Of a DNA stretch of 64,000 bases, positions 1-12,530 are shown one piece after another (within the stretch, counting starts at the first letter, position 1; every line of letters begins with the position of its first letter). This DNA is from Camelus ferus. Taxonomy: Eukaryota. The DNA lies in NCBI RefSeq assembly GCF_009834535.1, contig NC_045706.1, positions 7,812,001 through 7,876,000 on the forward strand, in the 5' to 3' direction. The notes under the pieces are model-generated. The model was given only the letters and a program-made list of their open reading frames with translations, was not told the DNA's origin and did not search any database. A program made the position numbers and the translations under genes.

Positions 1-489
1 GAAATGGTCTTGCCCTGCCTGTTGGAGTTTCAGCCACTGTGAGAATCCCTGGATAGACCTTGCAAGATGACTGTGAAAAAAAAGAGAGAAAGAGAGTCAT
101 TGTTCAGCTTCTAGAACTCAAATCGATCAAACAGCTCTGTAATGAGGGCTACTTACTCCCCATCACCCCGTTGGGACTGGTCCACGGCTGCTGTGTGTCA
201 TTGGCAGGTGACATTCGCTATCAGAGTGGATTTGCCCAAATGCCCAAGTTTACGGGGCATTGTCCCAGAGGCACTGGACACAGGGACGCTTCTGTTTGCT
301 CCAGAGAATATTCTTTTGCTCCAGGTTTAAACAATTCAGCACTTAGAGAAGGTGGCTCAATTCCCAGTTCTAACATAGTTCCTTTGATTTTTTTTTCTAT
401 TTTTCCCCCTTCCTCCTTTTCTTTAAAAACACATTATTTAAGAAACTGAAAGCTTTAAAGACAACACAAAAGTAATTATAAAGGTATCA

Positions 490-855
490 CCCAGCTTAAG
501 AAATAAAACATGGCATGTGCATTAAAACCACTTGTGTCCCCACTCCAGCCACCTCCCGACCTGTCACCTTGTAGGTGGCCTCTTCCAACCAAAGCAGGTG
601 CTATTTAACCGCAGACATTTTTGTACTTTAAGCGACCTACAGTGTGGTTTTACACGTTTTGTTTCATAGAAATGACATCATTTATATATTATAAATGATA
701 TGCCTTCTTTCACAACTAGTTTTTTTTTCCTTTCAGTGTTGCTTGTGGGATGTATCTGAGTTGATACAGGTAGTTTTGGTTCAATCATTTTAACTGCTGT
801 AAATATTCCGTTATATGAAATGTTCAGTTTTCCATTCTCTTGTGGATGAACCTGG
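490..855 (-). mobile_element. Ancient L1 (L1ME-type) 3' fragment
   Basis: The reverse complement of 739-850 reads ...caagagaatgg...ataacggaatatttacagcagttaaaatgattgaacc..., resembling the L1ME ORF2-end/3'UTR motif atggaatactatacagcaatgaaaatgaatgaac. Boundaries approximate. Confidence 0.6.
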
Positions 856-856
856 G

Positions 857-862
857 GTGTGT

Positions 863-899
<37 letters not shown>
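857..899. repeat. (GT)n microsatellite
   Basis: Direct reading: about 21 GT units with one GA interruption. Confidence 0.97.
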
Positions 900-900
<1 letters not shown>

Positions 901-1439
901 ACTAAGGTAAACCATGCCTGTGAGCTTTTGTCTTCACCCTCCTCCCCAGGATAGCAGCCCAAGCACAATTCTTGGGCCCCGCTCATCCCTCCCGCCGTGC
1001 CTGCCAGCATCTCAGAGGGAAGTAGTGCCGTCTGCTGCCTGTCAGGGTGAGGGCTGGGCTCAGCACCCAGGCTACCTTCTACCTTCCACAGAGGCCCTTA
1101 AGGGACGGAAGCCTCCTCCCCTCCCCTCCCACAGGGCACAGAGGGTGCCCTGCCCTGGCCTCCGCCTTGGGCTCTGTGCCTGCATGGGCCGGCACACGGA
1201 GCCCTGCAACCCTGCGGGGAGTTGGCCAGGCTCTGGGTGGGGGAAAAGACTTTACCTCCATCTGGAGTCTATTTTCCCCAACGGAGACGACAGGTGTGGT
1301 GGGAGGAGCGGAGGTATCGGGGAAGCAACTCTGGTCACTGGGAGTGTTCAGGACACAAAAGACACAGACAGAGCTGGCCAGTAGAAGAAGACATCCCCTG
1401 GGGCGTTGCAAAGTCACACTGGGAATTTTTTAAATGTCA

Positions 1440-1575
1440 AGCTTTTAAAATGTCAAAATTTACCCAAGAGAATGGGTAAATCATGAAAATTTTATATAAT
1501 GGAGTATCACTCAGCAGTGAAAATGATTGAACCAGAACTGTGTGCATCAACTCAGCTAAATCCCATGAGCAAGGC
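1440..1575 (+). mobile_element. Ancient L1 (L1ME-type) 3' fragment
   Basis: caagagaatgggtaaa...ataatggagtatcactcagcagtgaaaatgattgaacc; same L1 segment as 739-850, opposite orientation. Confidence 0.6.
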
Positions 1576-2919
1576 TGACTGGAAGGGCCTGGGTGTGGAG
1601 GAAGGCACACAGTGTGGCGCCATGGACTTGAAGCCTGAACCTCAGCAGAGAGGGCCCAGCTTGCAAAGAGAAGCCATCAGGTGACCCAGCGCAGGGAATG
1701 GTTCCCACCCACGTGGCAGCAGTGGGGACTCTGAGCTGGTCCTTGAGAGCTGAGCACAGTGCCCAGTGCACGGTACCCACTCTACCCATGTGGACTCTGA
1801 TGATCCCTTTTACCATATCTGATATAGATTAGATTTCATGTAAGTTTTACTTTGAACAAAAGTGTTCTCCTGCTTAAACAAAATGTTTGAAAATTCCTGA
1901 CCTTGTCTTTCTCAAGGACAGAAGACACAGCATCGGAGGGGTACCATGACTCAGCCAGCTCCCCCACCACCAGCCCATCCGTGGTCCCCAGGATTTCAGC
2001 CGATCACCTCACTTCTCAGGACCTGGGTCTCCTGCTGACTAGACAATCTCAGGTCCCTCCAGTGCCAGACTTCCTCGGAGAGTCCTCTCCTCTTCAGAGA
2101 CCACAGAGCCAGGCAGGATGGATGGATGTGGGGGGTGGGGTGCAAGAGTCAGAAACGTGGAGCTTGGGAAAGATGAGTCCCAACCAGAGCGCCAAGATCA
2201 GTGCCCTGGGGGAGAAGGCCAGCCCACCGCAGGCTGAGCGCCCTGCAAACAAACCCCAAACCCCAGGCCCTGCGCAGGCAGGAGTCAGTGTGCAAGGCGA
2301 TGCTGCACATCTGAGGAATTTGCAGCATCAAATGCCCTGCAAAGCCACCTTTTTGTGCTGTTCTGCATCTGATGAGGTCCAGGGCTCTGGAACAGAGGAG
2401 CAAATGCCTGGACCTGCTTAAAAGGACTGACTAGTCTGGTGTTTCTAGAAAAACAAATTCACGACCTCCTGGCTGGGGCAGCAGCAGCCCAGGGAGGTGA
2501 AGACTCAGACCCACAGTCTCACAGCCCTGGGAGGTGGGCGTCTGGGATGGAATCTTGTGGCTGGGAGGACTTCACAGCATCCCTAGCCTAGGGGCCCAGG
2601 ACCCTCCCCAGAGGTTTCTGATTTCTCGGAAGTGTGGGGCTACCAGGGACCAGAGGCAGCCTTGCCCACCAGGACGTGGGTCCTTGAGGAGCCCTGGGGG
2701 AGTGGGATCCAGCATACTCCCCTGCCCACTGGGGATGCCCAAGGGGGTGTGGTGGGGCATGACTGCATCACCTCGGGCAGCTTCATGGTCTCCAGAGCTG
2801 AGCCAGCAAGTGCTGGTCCAGCTAGGGGTGCAGACTTGAAACAATGTAATCTGTTTTGGCAAAAATCCTTCTTTCAGCTGTTTAACTATTCAAGAAGAAG
2901 TTCTAGACCATGTTTGCCA

Positions 2920-3410
2920 CTGTTCTAGGTCCTGAAGTAAACAAAACAGACACAGATCTCTGTTTGTCTGAAGCTTACAAATAACAAGAAGTAAGATATG
3001 TCATCTCAGGCAGTGATAAGAGCTAAGGAGGAGAATGAGGCAGGGAAGGGGTGAGAAGCACAGTGGGGAGGGGCAGGGGTGATATTAGATGGAGAGGCCA
3101 GAACAGGCCTCATGGAGAAGGTGGTATTGGCATGAAGGTGTAAAGGAGGAAGGGAAACATATGGACATGTGGGGAAAGAGCATTCCATACAGAGGGCACA
3201 GCAAGTGCAAAGGCCCTGAGGTGGGCATGTGCCCGGCCTACCTGAGGAGTACCAAGGAGGCCAGCATGGCTGGAACAGTGTGAATGAGCATGACAGTTGC
3301 AAGAGAAGAGATCCGATGGCCAGTCTGGTCATGTGGGGCCTCATGGGCCACTGACTACTTCAGCTCTTCTTCTATATCAAATGGAATCATTAAGAGAATT
3401 TGAGCAGGTA
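2920..3410 (-). mobile_element. L2 LINE 3' fragment
   Basis: Contains cagagggcacagcaagtgcaaaggccctgaggtggg, the typical reverse-strand L2 signature. Confidence 0.8.
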
Positions 3411-3509
3411 ATTATGAATGTGAAAATCTCAAATTATGAGCACACGTAAGTTTTGTTTCATTTTATTTGTTGCTAATTTGAGTCAATGAAATCCAACTAG
3501 TATGGTGTA

Positions 3510-3995
3510 GTGTTGTATAGAGTTACATTAGGTTTCTNNNNNNNNNNNNNNNNNNNNNNNNNNNNNNNNNNNNNNNNNNNNNNNNNNNNNNNNNNNNNNN
3601 NNNNNNNNNNNNNNNNNNNNNNNNNNNNNNNNNNNNNNNNNNNNNNNNNNNNNNNNNNNNNNNNNNTTGGGGCCAGCTGGAGACCCACGAGCCCTGATGC
3701 TGTAGTTTCAGACCAGAAAGAGCCCATGTTTCAGTTCCTCCTTGGCAGGGAGGCAAGATGGGTTCCCTCCTACTCAGTCAAGGGGAAGGGTCAGATTTTT
3801 TCATTCTATTCAGACCTTCAACTGATTGAATGTGGCCCACCCACATTAGGAAGACAATCTTCTTTACTCAGTCTGTCAATTCAGACGTTAGCCTTATCCT
3901 GAAACTCCTCCACAGACACACCCAGAAGAACTTCTGACCAAAAATCTGGGCATCATGTGGCCCAGTCAAGTAGACACACAAAACCAACCACCACA
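3510..3995 (-). mobile_element. MLT2 (ERVL) solo LTR, interrupted by N-run 3538-3666
   Basis: ttcaactgattgaatgtggcccacccacatt...cacagacacacccagaa...ggcccagtcaagtagacacacaaaaccaaccaccaca matches the reverse complement of the MLT2 LTR 5' part (TGTGATGGTTAATTTTATGTGTCAACTTGACTGGGCC). Confidence 0.85.
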
Positions 3996-4039
3996 AGGCT
4001 TCAAGAAAGAGTGAAAACCCCAACTCCACCCTTTCCTAA

Positions 4040-4370
4040 CTCTATGACCCTGAGACCTTAGGGAACCACTTTAAGCCTCAGGTACTTCATCTGCAAAATG
4101 GGAACAGAGCTAGCTTCACAGGCACTGAACCTGTGCACTCATACTTAGAAGAGTTCTAGCTTAATTCTCTGCTATTGTCACCTTGAAATGCTTAGTCTTT
4201 TAACATGAGGCCTTCATTTTCACTTTGCTCCATGCTCCACAACTCACATAGCTGGTCCTAAATGGAGACGACCTCGACTTCTTTGCAGGGTCCTCGTGAG
4301 GATCGAATGAGACAAGACAGGTGAAGCACTCAGCACCTTGTCTAACACAGTACATGCTTTATAAATGTCC
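4040..4370 (+). mobile_element. MIR SINE fragments
   Basis: Core cctcaggtacttcatctgcaaaatggg (about 4075-4102) and a 3' part gtgaggatcgaatgagac...tcagcaccttgtctaacacagtacatgctttataaatgt. Confidence 0.7.
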
Positions 4371-5199
4371 TTTCCAGCATGGACAAGCCCCACTCGGGGC
4401 CAACCCGATGGCCATGGAGATGAACCATTCACAGCACCTGCCCTGCAGGAACGCACGGTCCAGGTAAAAACAGTGTGAGATGCTGAAACAGGCACATGAG
4501 GCAGCCCCGAGGAAGGGTGCCTCTGAAGTCTTCATTCTGGCTGGAAATTTGGGAGGTTTGGAGAGTCCTGGGAGGAAGTGATGAGGATGAGAAAGAGTCC
4601 AGCAGGAGGTCCCAGGATCTGGAGGAAGAGCTGAGTGGGGAGAGGCGAGGAGAGGGCGGGAGGACTGAGCCCCAGAGCTGAGGTTCTGATTAGAGGCTGT
4701 GATGAGCCAGGCCCTCTGAGGCCACACCCCATAGGGTCACTCCCCACTGGCCTGGGACCTGAGAGACCAAGGTCCAACCAGCTGGCTGTGTCCCCTCAAG
4801 TGGGCCCCACAGTCTCTGAGCCCCAGGTCCTCACCAAGTAAACGGAGAAATGAAACTGGTGAGGTTAAATGTTAAAATGCACAGAAAATGACACCTGATA
4901 GGGGTAAAGGGTACTATACAACCCAGGGTGGGTAGGAAGGGGCTTCTGGGAAAGGCAGCAGATGCAAGGCGCCTGGCCTTAAAGGGCTCACTTTGTAAAT
5001 ACCAGGCACCATTCTAACCTGCTCCCTGGCAGAGAGGCCCGACCTAGCCCTCTGGCCTCCAGACCCACCTAACCCCCACCTGACCCTCACCACCCCACCC
5101 CCCAGTCTTTTCACCACAAAGAACACAGAAGGATCCTTTTAAATGCCAGATGGGTTTGTATCACTTCTCTCTACAAAACGCCCTGGGGCACCTGCATTT

Positions 5200-5690
5200 T
5201 GAGATTAAAATGACCCCTCCATCCTCTGACTCTGTGACATCATCTCCCTCTCCTGGCCCCCCAGTTCAGCACTAGGGACAGCTGCCACCTTCTGCACAGG
5301 AAGCCTGTAGCCCAAGCCAGCCATCACGAGGCCTTTGCCCTTGCTGTTCCCTCTGGCTGGAACAATTCTCCACCCACGGCATCTCCCCTTCATGGCTTAC
5401 TCCCACATTTCACTCAGTTACTGTTCAGTTGATCCCTTCTCAGCCAGGCATCCCCTTACCCCACCCCCTCCCCATCTCAAATTTCATCATGGTCACTCCC
5501 TTTTCACCTTGCTTTATTGTCATCATTGCCCATATTATGACATACTTCTCTTGTTTATTTTCTGTCTCCCCACCAGAATACAAGCTCCACAAAGGTGAGG
5601 ACTTTTATTTTGTTTATGTTATGTTGTATCTCTAACATTGGAGGTTGTGCCTGGCCCAAGATAGGCAGATATTTGTTGAATTGATTGATT
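5200..5690 (+). mobile_element. L2 LINE 3' end
   Basis: ggcctttgcccttgctgttccctctggctggaac ... ctgtctccccaccagaatacaagctccacaaagg ... gatatttgttgaattgattgatt (L2 terminal repeat). Confidence 0.85.
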
Positions 5691-6243
5691 CCAATTTTAT
5701 AGGTACAGAAACTGACACTCGACAAGATTACACATTTTGCCAATGATCCACAGCTCTGGAACTGAAACAGGTCTCTTCTTTGGGCAGTGGTGTGCTGGCA
5801 AAGGTTGAAAACTGGGCTTTCTGCAGGGAGGGGATGGGGGCTTCTGGGAAAAGGTCCTGGTTGCATTTGCTGATTTCCATGGTGTAAATACTTCATCTGT
5901 CACCAATTTCAAGCTATTGACATGCCATTACTGAATGTGGAGCTGGAAAGAGATGTGTCCCATGGGCTCTGGAAGGAAGGTGGTATAAGATAACTGCAGC
6001 ACCCACTGCCCTGGGCTCCCTGACACGTTTCCATTTTCTGGACTCTGTGTTTAACACAGCAGGGGAAATAGTTTATGCTTTACTTCCCCTCTGCCCGCAA
6101 ATACCACTTCAAATCCAAGAAAATGACCTGAGTTGAGCTGTTGGATGCTCCTGGGCCTCAGTTTCCCCATCTGTATGATTTCTAAGTGCCGGGTCACCCC
6201 AGATCATCCTTGCCTCTGGAGGGTGCAGGAGGCCTGGTCATGC

Positions 6244-6274
6244 GCAGTGCCCCTATGGGACACCAGGGGGCAGC
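6244..6274 (+). promoter_or_regulatory. Candidate CTCF site with upstream (ZF9-11) module, forward orientation
   Basis: Core ACACCAGGGGGCAGC (6260-6274) has one mismatch to CCASYAGRKGGCRS. It is preceded by GCAGTGCCC (6244-6252) at the spacing typical of the TGCAGTNCC upstream motif. Confidence 0.55.
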
Positions 6275-6989
6275 CTTTCCCCATCAAATAGACCTGCTGT
6301 TCCAATTCCTTCTATCAGCGCATCCCTCTTAGTTGAACCCAGCCTGGGCATAGGGCCCCTGCCTGGTTTATGAATAAGCAATTGTGCCCAGCATGGGGCA
6401 GGCATCCACATAAAGGACCCACTGTCTTCCCTGAGGTCTTCTGTTCCAGTGGGGGACCAGGGAAACTGGGACTGGGCTGAGGGATTGGATGGTTCTCTTG
6501 TGGCCACTGGTCACTGCGAGGGTATGGCAGGACCCCTGCTGGTCCCTCTCCCCTCTCTGGCTCTGCCACTCCCACTGCCTACAGAGGATGCTTTGACAAG
6601 TAGTACTTCTCACCTGTGCCCTTGGCTCCGTCTTACTCCTTGCAGTCCAGCCTCCCCCAGAGTTTCCTTCCTCCAATCTTGGGAACGCATCTGGTTACTT
6701 TATCTAACCCTATTTAATCCAACTGCACTTCATGGGTGAGTGTGGTGAGCTGAGGTTTTAGCTGGAATTTTGGCTTCGTTCCTTCTTTCATCTCTGCAAT
6801 GGAGGAACAGGGCTTGGGGACATATTCTTGGTATGTCCAGGCTTTGGGCCCTCTGTTAATGTGAAATCAGAGATTTGGCACCACCCAGTGGCCAAGCTGG
6901 TCCCTATGGGGACCTTGTCTCAGCTCTCCTGGCTTGTGTTAGCCCTGTGGGTCCTCTTTCCACACCCACACCCACAACTCCCTGGCTCC

Positions 6990-7370
6990 TTCCAACTTCA
7001 GGGCGTTTGCACCTGCTGTTCCCTCTGCCTGAGCCTCCCTCTCTCTCTCCTCCAACACCTCTACACTGCGTGGTTGACTTGTTCTGACCCTTCAGGTCCC
7101 AGAGTAAATGTCCATCCTTTCCGGGGCTGCCCTATCTGACCAACAGCTGAAGAAGCTGCCGCCCCACCACCACCAATTACTGATTCTCTAGAGTAGGACT
7201 GTTTCCTTCCTCAATAGCTCTTACCTTCATTTGCAACTAAGCATTCCTTTTGTTTTTCCCACTACTCTTGGGGGCCACAAGGATGGGACAATGTCTGATT
7301 TATTCACAGCTCTCTCCCCACTACCTGCACATAGCAGGTGCTCAGTTAAGACCATAGAGTGAATGGGCAA
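6990..7370 (+). mobile_element. L2 LINE 3' fragments
   Basis: cagggcgtttgcacctgctgttccctctgcctg and gggacaatgtctgatttattcacagc...cacatagcaggtgctcag. Confidence 0.7.
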
Positions 7371-10300
7371 ACCCAAGGGCAAGAGCAGAAATAGTGGCGA
7401 TGACCCAGAGTCAGGCCTGCACGCCCCCCCACACCTCCCGGGAGGCCCTGGCCGTGCGGACTGATGGGGCACGTAGCCCCAGCAACAGCAGTGTGCCCAG
7501 GCCCAGACCAGGCCCCCACAGAGCCATCTCTTGGGAAGGTTGCTCTGCTCTGGGACTGCCCTTGTGGGAAGGAAACTGGAGCAAAGGGGGCCAGGCAGGG
7601 GGTCTCCTCCAACCTGCCATCTAGAGTCCAGCCGCATTCCTACCCTACCACGCCTGTCCTCCCTGCCCCCAGGGCTCTGTCAGGGGAGCCCAGGCTGGGC
7701 TTAGAATCCAAGGCTGCATCTGGGTAGAAGCCATTTGTTCTGGTCTGTAAAGGTGGGTTTGGTTCCATTAAAGAAAGCAGAGGGGCTCCTCCTGCCATGA
7801 GCCACTCCCCCTCCACACCCCCTCCACGCCCCTCTCCATCTCCTTAACAGATCTCCACCTCCAGACATGCTGACCCTGAGCCTGGGCACCAGCAAACCCG
7901 TTCCAGGTGGAAGAGCGCCCAAGGTGGCCAAGTGAGACTCCGGCTTGAGCAACAGCCTGGGGCCCGGCGTGGAAAACAGCCTGGGCCTGAAAGGCATGAG
8001 GCTCCGAGCCCCAGTGAAACCCTGTATGCCTTGTAGCCAAACCCCGGCTCAAGAGGCAGCGCTGTGGTCTCACGGACGTACCACTGACTGAGAGGCAAAG
8101 CAAAGAGCAAATTCCAGCAGCGTGACAGCAGGCAAGTCAGCTCCCCCGGCGGGGCCTCAGTCACCAATCTGTGAAATGGGAGATAATGGTACCTGCATTC
8201 CAGGGCTGGGCTCTGGGCTCTGCTGAACACCCAGGACAGGGCTGTGCCCTGAACCAGGGAACCGGACTGGGTGGCACAAACGGTCAGAACCTGAGCTCTC
8301 CCTCTGCTCTGCTCTCACCGACGGGAACTTGGACAAGCGAGTGCCCACCTCCCGAGCCTGGCTCTGCGCGGGCAGCTGGCGGGAGCTGTGTGCCTTACCT
8401 GGTTCAGTGCCACCTACAACCTGCGATGGCCACCTGGGGCCCCAAGCCTCCTGCACTACTAACTGGGCGTCACTGTGTTTCCTCTCTGCGGGATGTGGTC
8501 TGTCACGAGCCTCCAGCACCTTCTGAAGCCGTAGAGATGGTAAGTACTGGCTGCCTCTTTTATGACTCTTTGTTCCTTCCTCCGTCATCTCTGAGGCTCT
8601 TCGCCCTAAAAAGCCTTGGAAACTTCTATTGCCTTGGCCCCGGGGCAAGATCTTGACTGATTCACCAAAGGAAAGAGAGCGACATCCTGGAGAAAAGTCT
8701 CTGCCTTCTCAGGTCTCCCCGACCCCATGGGACGGGGCGTGAAACCCCCAGAGCACAGACTGGGAGGGACAAACCCCAGTTTAAATCCCAGCTGGCATAG
8801 GCCAGCAAGCCTGGGGAAGTCCTGGCACCATTTTAAATGGGAACAGAAAGGACTACACGCTTTAGGAAGCGGAGTGGGACTGGCATTGCGTCCAGACTCT
8901 GACATGCGCACTTGGGCCCTCGTAAGACGCTGTGATATTTATCAGCAGAAAAACCGTATCCTGTATGTAGGTGTACTCATGTCACCTGGAGGTGTCTCAT
9001 GCTGTCCTTATTGCAAAAGAAGAAGTGACAAGAAGTTCAGGGCAAGGGGAGAGTTGAGCTTTCCAGGACTACTAGTCCCATAAAAACAGAAGCACATTAT
9101 TCGCTGTGGGACAAGTCTTGATTGCTAAAATATTTGATACCAGTATTTAAAAATACAAAAAACTTTCAAAATAACCCTCCTCTGTGATGAGCTGCACCAG
9201 AGGCAGCCGTGGTGGACCCGGCCCATTAGTGTGTGGGAGTCCCTTACGGCCTTAACGCTGAAGCCACGCCCGCTTCGCTACCCGCTGTGAGTGCCCGCTG
9301 GCAGGTGGGCCCCATCGGCTCCAGGCGCCCCTGGTGCCCCGGAAAGGGTGGGAGGCTGAGGCAGGAGGCCCAGGTCACAACACTGGGTGGAGGAGGAGGC
9401 AGCGAGGGCCTGGCCGGCAGGCGACCTCAGGTTCCCGCCTGCACTGGCGGCTCCCACGTCAGCTGGCGCACAGGGACCTCAGCTCACCACCCAGCCTCCC
9501 TTTCCTCGAGGAGATCTCTTTCCTTTTGACTGGTCAATTCACGGCTTCTATAATTCAGTCTCCTTTTAATAATATCTCTGGGGGGAAAAAAAAGCTTGGT
9601 GCTGAGATGGTATTTTTTGTTTGCTTTTTGTTTTTCCAATTTGTTCATCCCTTTGATGATACTGGTGTCATTTAGGCACGTGGCCAGTTTGCCATGCTGG
9701 GCTGTGGGATGGTGACCCCTGCCCTGCTGTCCTGGGTGGAGCAGTCTCAGGCCAGGGTTTTGTCAGGGGCTTTCTGGGCACCCCGTGTGCTGTTACTCCA
9801 TGAGGCCAGGTCAGGGAGGAGGACAAGGGGGTCCCCATGCTCCTGGAACTGACGCCTGAGCATGAGAGACTCATTTCCAAGGCCTCAGATCATTGCCCTC
9901 AGGCCCCAACCCCCACCTCCGTCCTCCCCAGCTCCTCGCAAGCTCCCCCAGAAGCTAAGCAGCTGCCATGTAATTCCACGATCAATGGAAAGCTGTTTTT
10001 TTTTTCCAGCTGGTGACAGACACAGGGTGTGCCCTCTCAATCTCCCAGTGCACCCATCTGCCACCCGCTGTGGATTCCACGTCCAAGGGAATAGGTCAAG
10101 TGTGGACTCCTGGCTCCCAAGGGCTCCCCCCAGCCTCTCCTCCTGGCTGGAGGTCAGAGAGGCTGACTGACGGGCCAGCAGTCACCAGCACCCTCCATTC
10201 CTGCCTGACGTCAAGGTCCCTGTCCAAGTCCCTCCGTCCCTGGGAGTCCAGCCCCAAGCACCAGCCTCCATGAGCCCTCCCTGGACCAAGGAGTACGTGG

Positions 10301-11585
10301 AAGAGACACCGTGGTGAAGGTCGTGGCCCCAAAGGTTCTGCTTCAGGCAGGACTCCTGGTGCCGGCTTGGGACAAAGAGCAGGAAGACAGGGGCTACGGG
10401 GGTGGGGGCTGGGGCTCCCGGGGGTCCCCTTGGACCTGCCAGGGGCAACTCAGTTCCATCCACATCCTTTTCTGGGTGACTTTTGTATATTCAGTTCCTA
10501 GGGGAGGGCCCAGTTGGCCCACAGGCCCACCTCTTGGTTGAGAGTGGACTGGCCTCTACGATGCACAGGACACCACCAATGGGAGGCAGAGCTGCCTGGA
10601 TGCCGCTGGTGTGGCAGCCAGGTGGACACGAATGCCGGCGTCCACAGGTGCCTAGGGGGCCTGAGAGCTCAGCCCCTGCAAAGTGCCCAGGCCCCTGAGC
10701 CCAGCAGGACGGCCTGGAAGGATGCTGCCCAGACACCTGAGACGTTGCCGGCTGGGGGGTGCCAAGTGCGGGGCAGACGCCTGTGCAGGCGAGGCCGGGC
10801 AGCCACACCCCCTACCCCTGGATAACAGCGCTCAGAGGAACCTGGGAAACTGAACTCCCGCTGGCCTCTCAGCGAATGTGGGGCCCCCACAACAGAGGGG
10901 GATTGTTGTAGAGCAGAGAGCGGGACATGCCCTGGGCCTGTTTACAAGACCGTGTCCCCGGGTCCTTGCGCTGCTCCCCGTGTACTGGGGATGGTTGGTT
11001 TTCAAAGACTCGCCAAGGCTAGGGCACTCTCAGCGACTTCTGCTTTCCCGGGTGAGTCGGTGACGTGGCAGTAAGTCTTTCCAGCCACAAAGACAAAACA
11101 GCTCGTCTCCTTTACTCTTCTTCTTCCTCAAAGATGCCCCTTAAAGGGTGAGGCTTATCAGCTGTGTCTTTGAACCTGGAACCAGCTCAAGCCTGGGTCA
11201 CTTCTGCTTCCAAATCTCCTGGAGCCTGGGGCGCAGCTCACACACAGAGGCCCCCTGCAAGCCCTGGGCCAGCCCTGCCCGCTCTCAGCCTCCCTCGTGC
11301 CGACCTCCTGCTCCCAGCTTCCTCTGCGCACCCAGCGACTCAGATCAAGTGCCTTTCTCCCAGGCCTCTTCTCCCAGTCCCTGGCCTCGGCCCCATCAGG
11401 CAGCCCAGTGAGTGTTAGTGGAACCGAACAAGGCACTGAGGCAGCTCGGCAGCAGGCCACGAAGATGGCAGCTTCGTCACTGACTTTTGGACAAAACGTG
11501 GTGACACTTGCCAGGGAGGAAGAGGAGACGGGGTGTTAGCTGGGTGGTGGGAATCTTGCCGGGTGGAGTGTGAAGGAGGAGCAGT

Positions 11586-11720
11586 CATCACCCTCCTCCC
11601 CATCACCCTCCTCCTCCATCACCCTCCTCCCCATCACTCTCCTCTTCCCATCACTGTGCTCCTCTTCCTTCCCCCTCCTCCTCCTGCCTCCACCTCCCCC
11701 TTCCTCCTCCATCAGCCTCC
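11586..11720. repeat. Pyrimidine-rich minisatellite/low-complexity tract, unit about CATCACCCTCCTCCC
   Basis: Five 15-17 nt units start at 11586, 11601, 11617, 11632 and 11649, then decay into CT-rich sequence. Confidence 0.85.
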
Positions 11721-12397
11721 TTCTCCCTAGCCAGGTGTGGGAAGAGAGGATTTACACCCCTGGGTGAATCACTCCAGATTCAAGATCCAGGGTTTTACAG
11801 GAGGAAGGCGTTGCCCAGGGGAGGAATACTCAGGGTGAGCCGCCCCCAGAGGAGGCAACCCATGTGCTCCGACTCTGGTCCAAACCCCAGCTCTATCCCT
11901 TCCCGCTGAGCACCCTGGGAAATTTATACACCTTCCCAAGTCCAGTTTCCTCATCCCCAAAACGGATGTGGCAAAAGGCTTCTATCACCAGGATCCACTG
12001 AAAGGATCCAGCACGAGCAGGCGGCACCTTCTACCTGGCCCTCGGTTAGTGTTCAACAAATGTCAAGTGCTGTCTTGATCATTTTTACCCCCTTTGAAAT
12101 CTAGTCCATTATAAACAAAGTGATGCCGAACAGTTGGGGCATACATCGTCAGTCTGAACGCACCCTGTGTACCATGCTGATTTTACTACAAATCCTTGAT
12201 TTAGCATGGATCAGGGTCCAGAACAGTGGGTTGAAGCCCATGCCCTGGAATCCCACGGACTTTGCATCCTGATGCCACCCCTCCCAGCTCTACAATCGCA
12301 GGAGAGTTTGTGTTGTCTGTTTCATTCCCACAGTATCTCCAGAGCCCAGGACCGCGCCTGACACATGCAGGGTTTTGATACAAGTTTATTGGTTAAA

Positions 12398-12530
12398 CGT
12401 AAGTTACTTAACGTCGCTGAGTCTCAATTTCTGCATCTGCAATGAGAGATTATAGTGGAACCTGCCTCAGAGTGGTGTTGTGAAGGGTAAATGAGATGGC
12501 ACAGGGAAAGCACAGGGCACCTGGCCTAGG
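12398..12530 (+). mobile_element. MIR SINE
   Basis: aagttacttaacgtcgctgagtctcaatttctgcatctgcaatgag...cctgcctcagagtggtgttgtgaagggtaaatgagat. Confidence 0.8.

Noticed and set aside
8525-8546. Strong donor ATG|GTAAGT at about 8540 (also CGG|GTGAGT at about 11051)
   Set aside because: No convincing upstream acceptor to define an exon.
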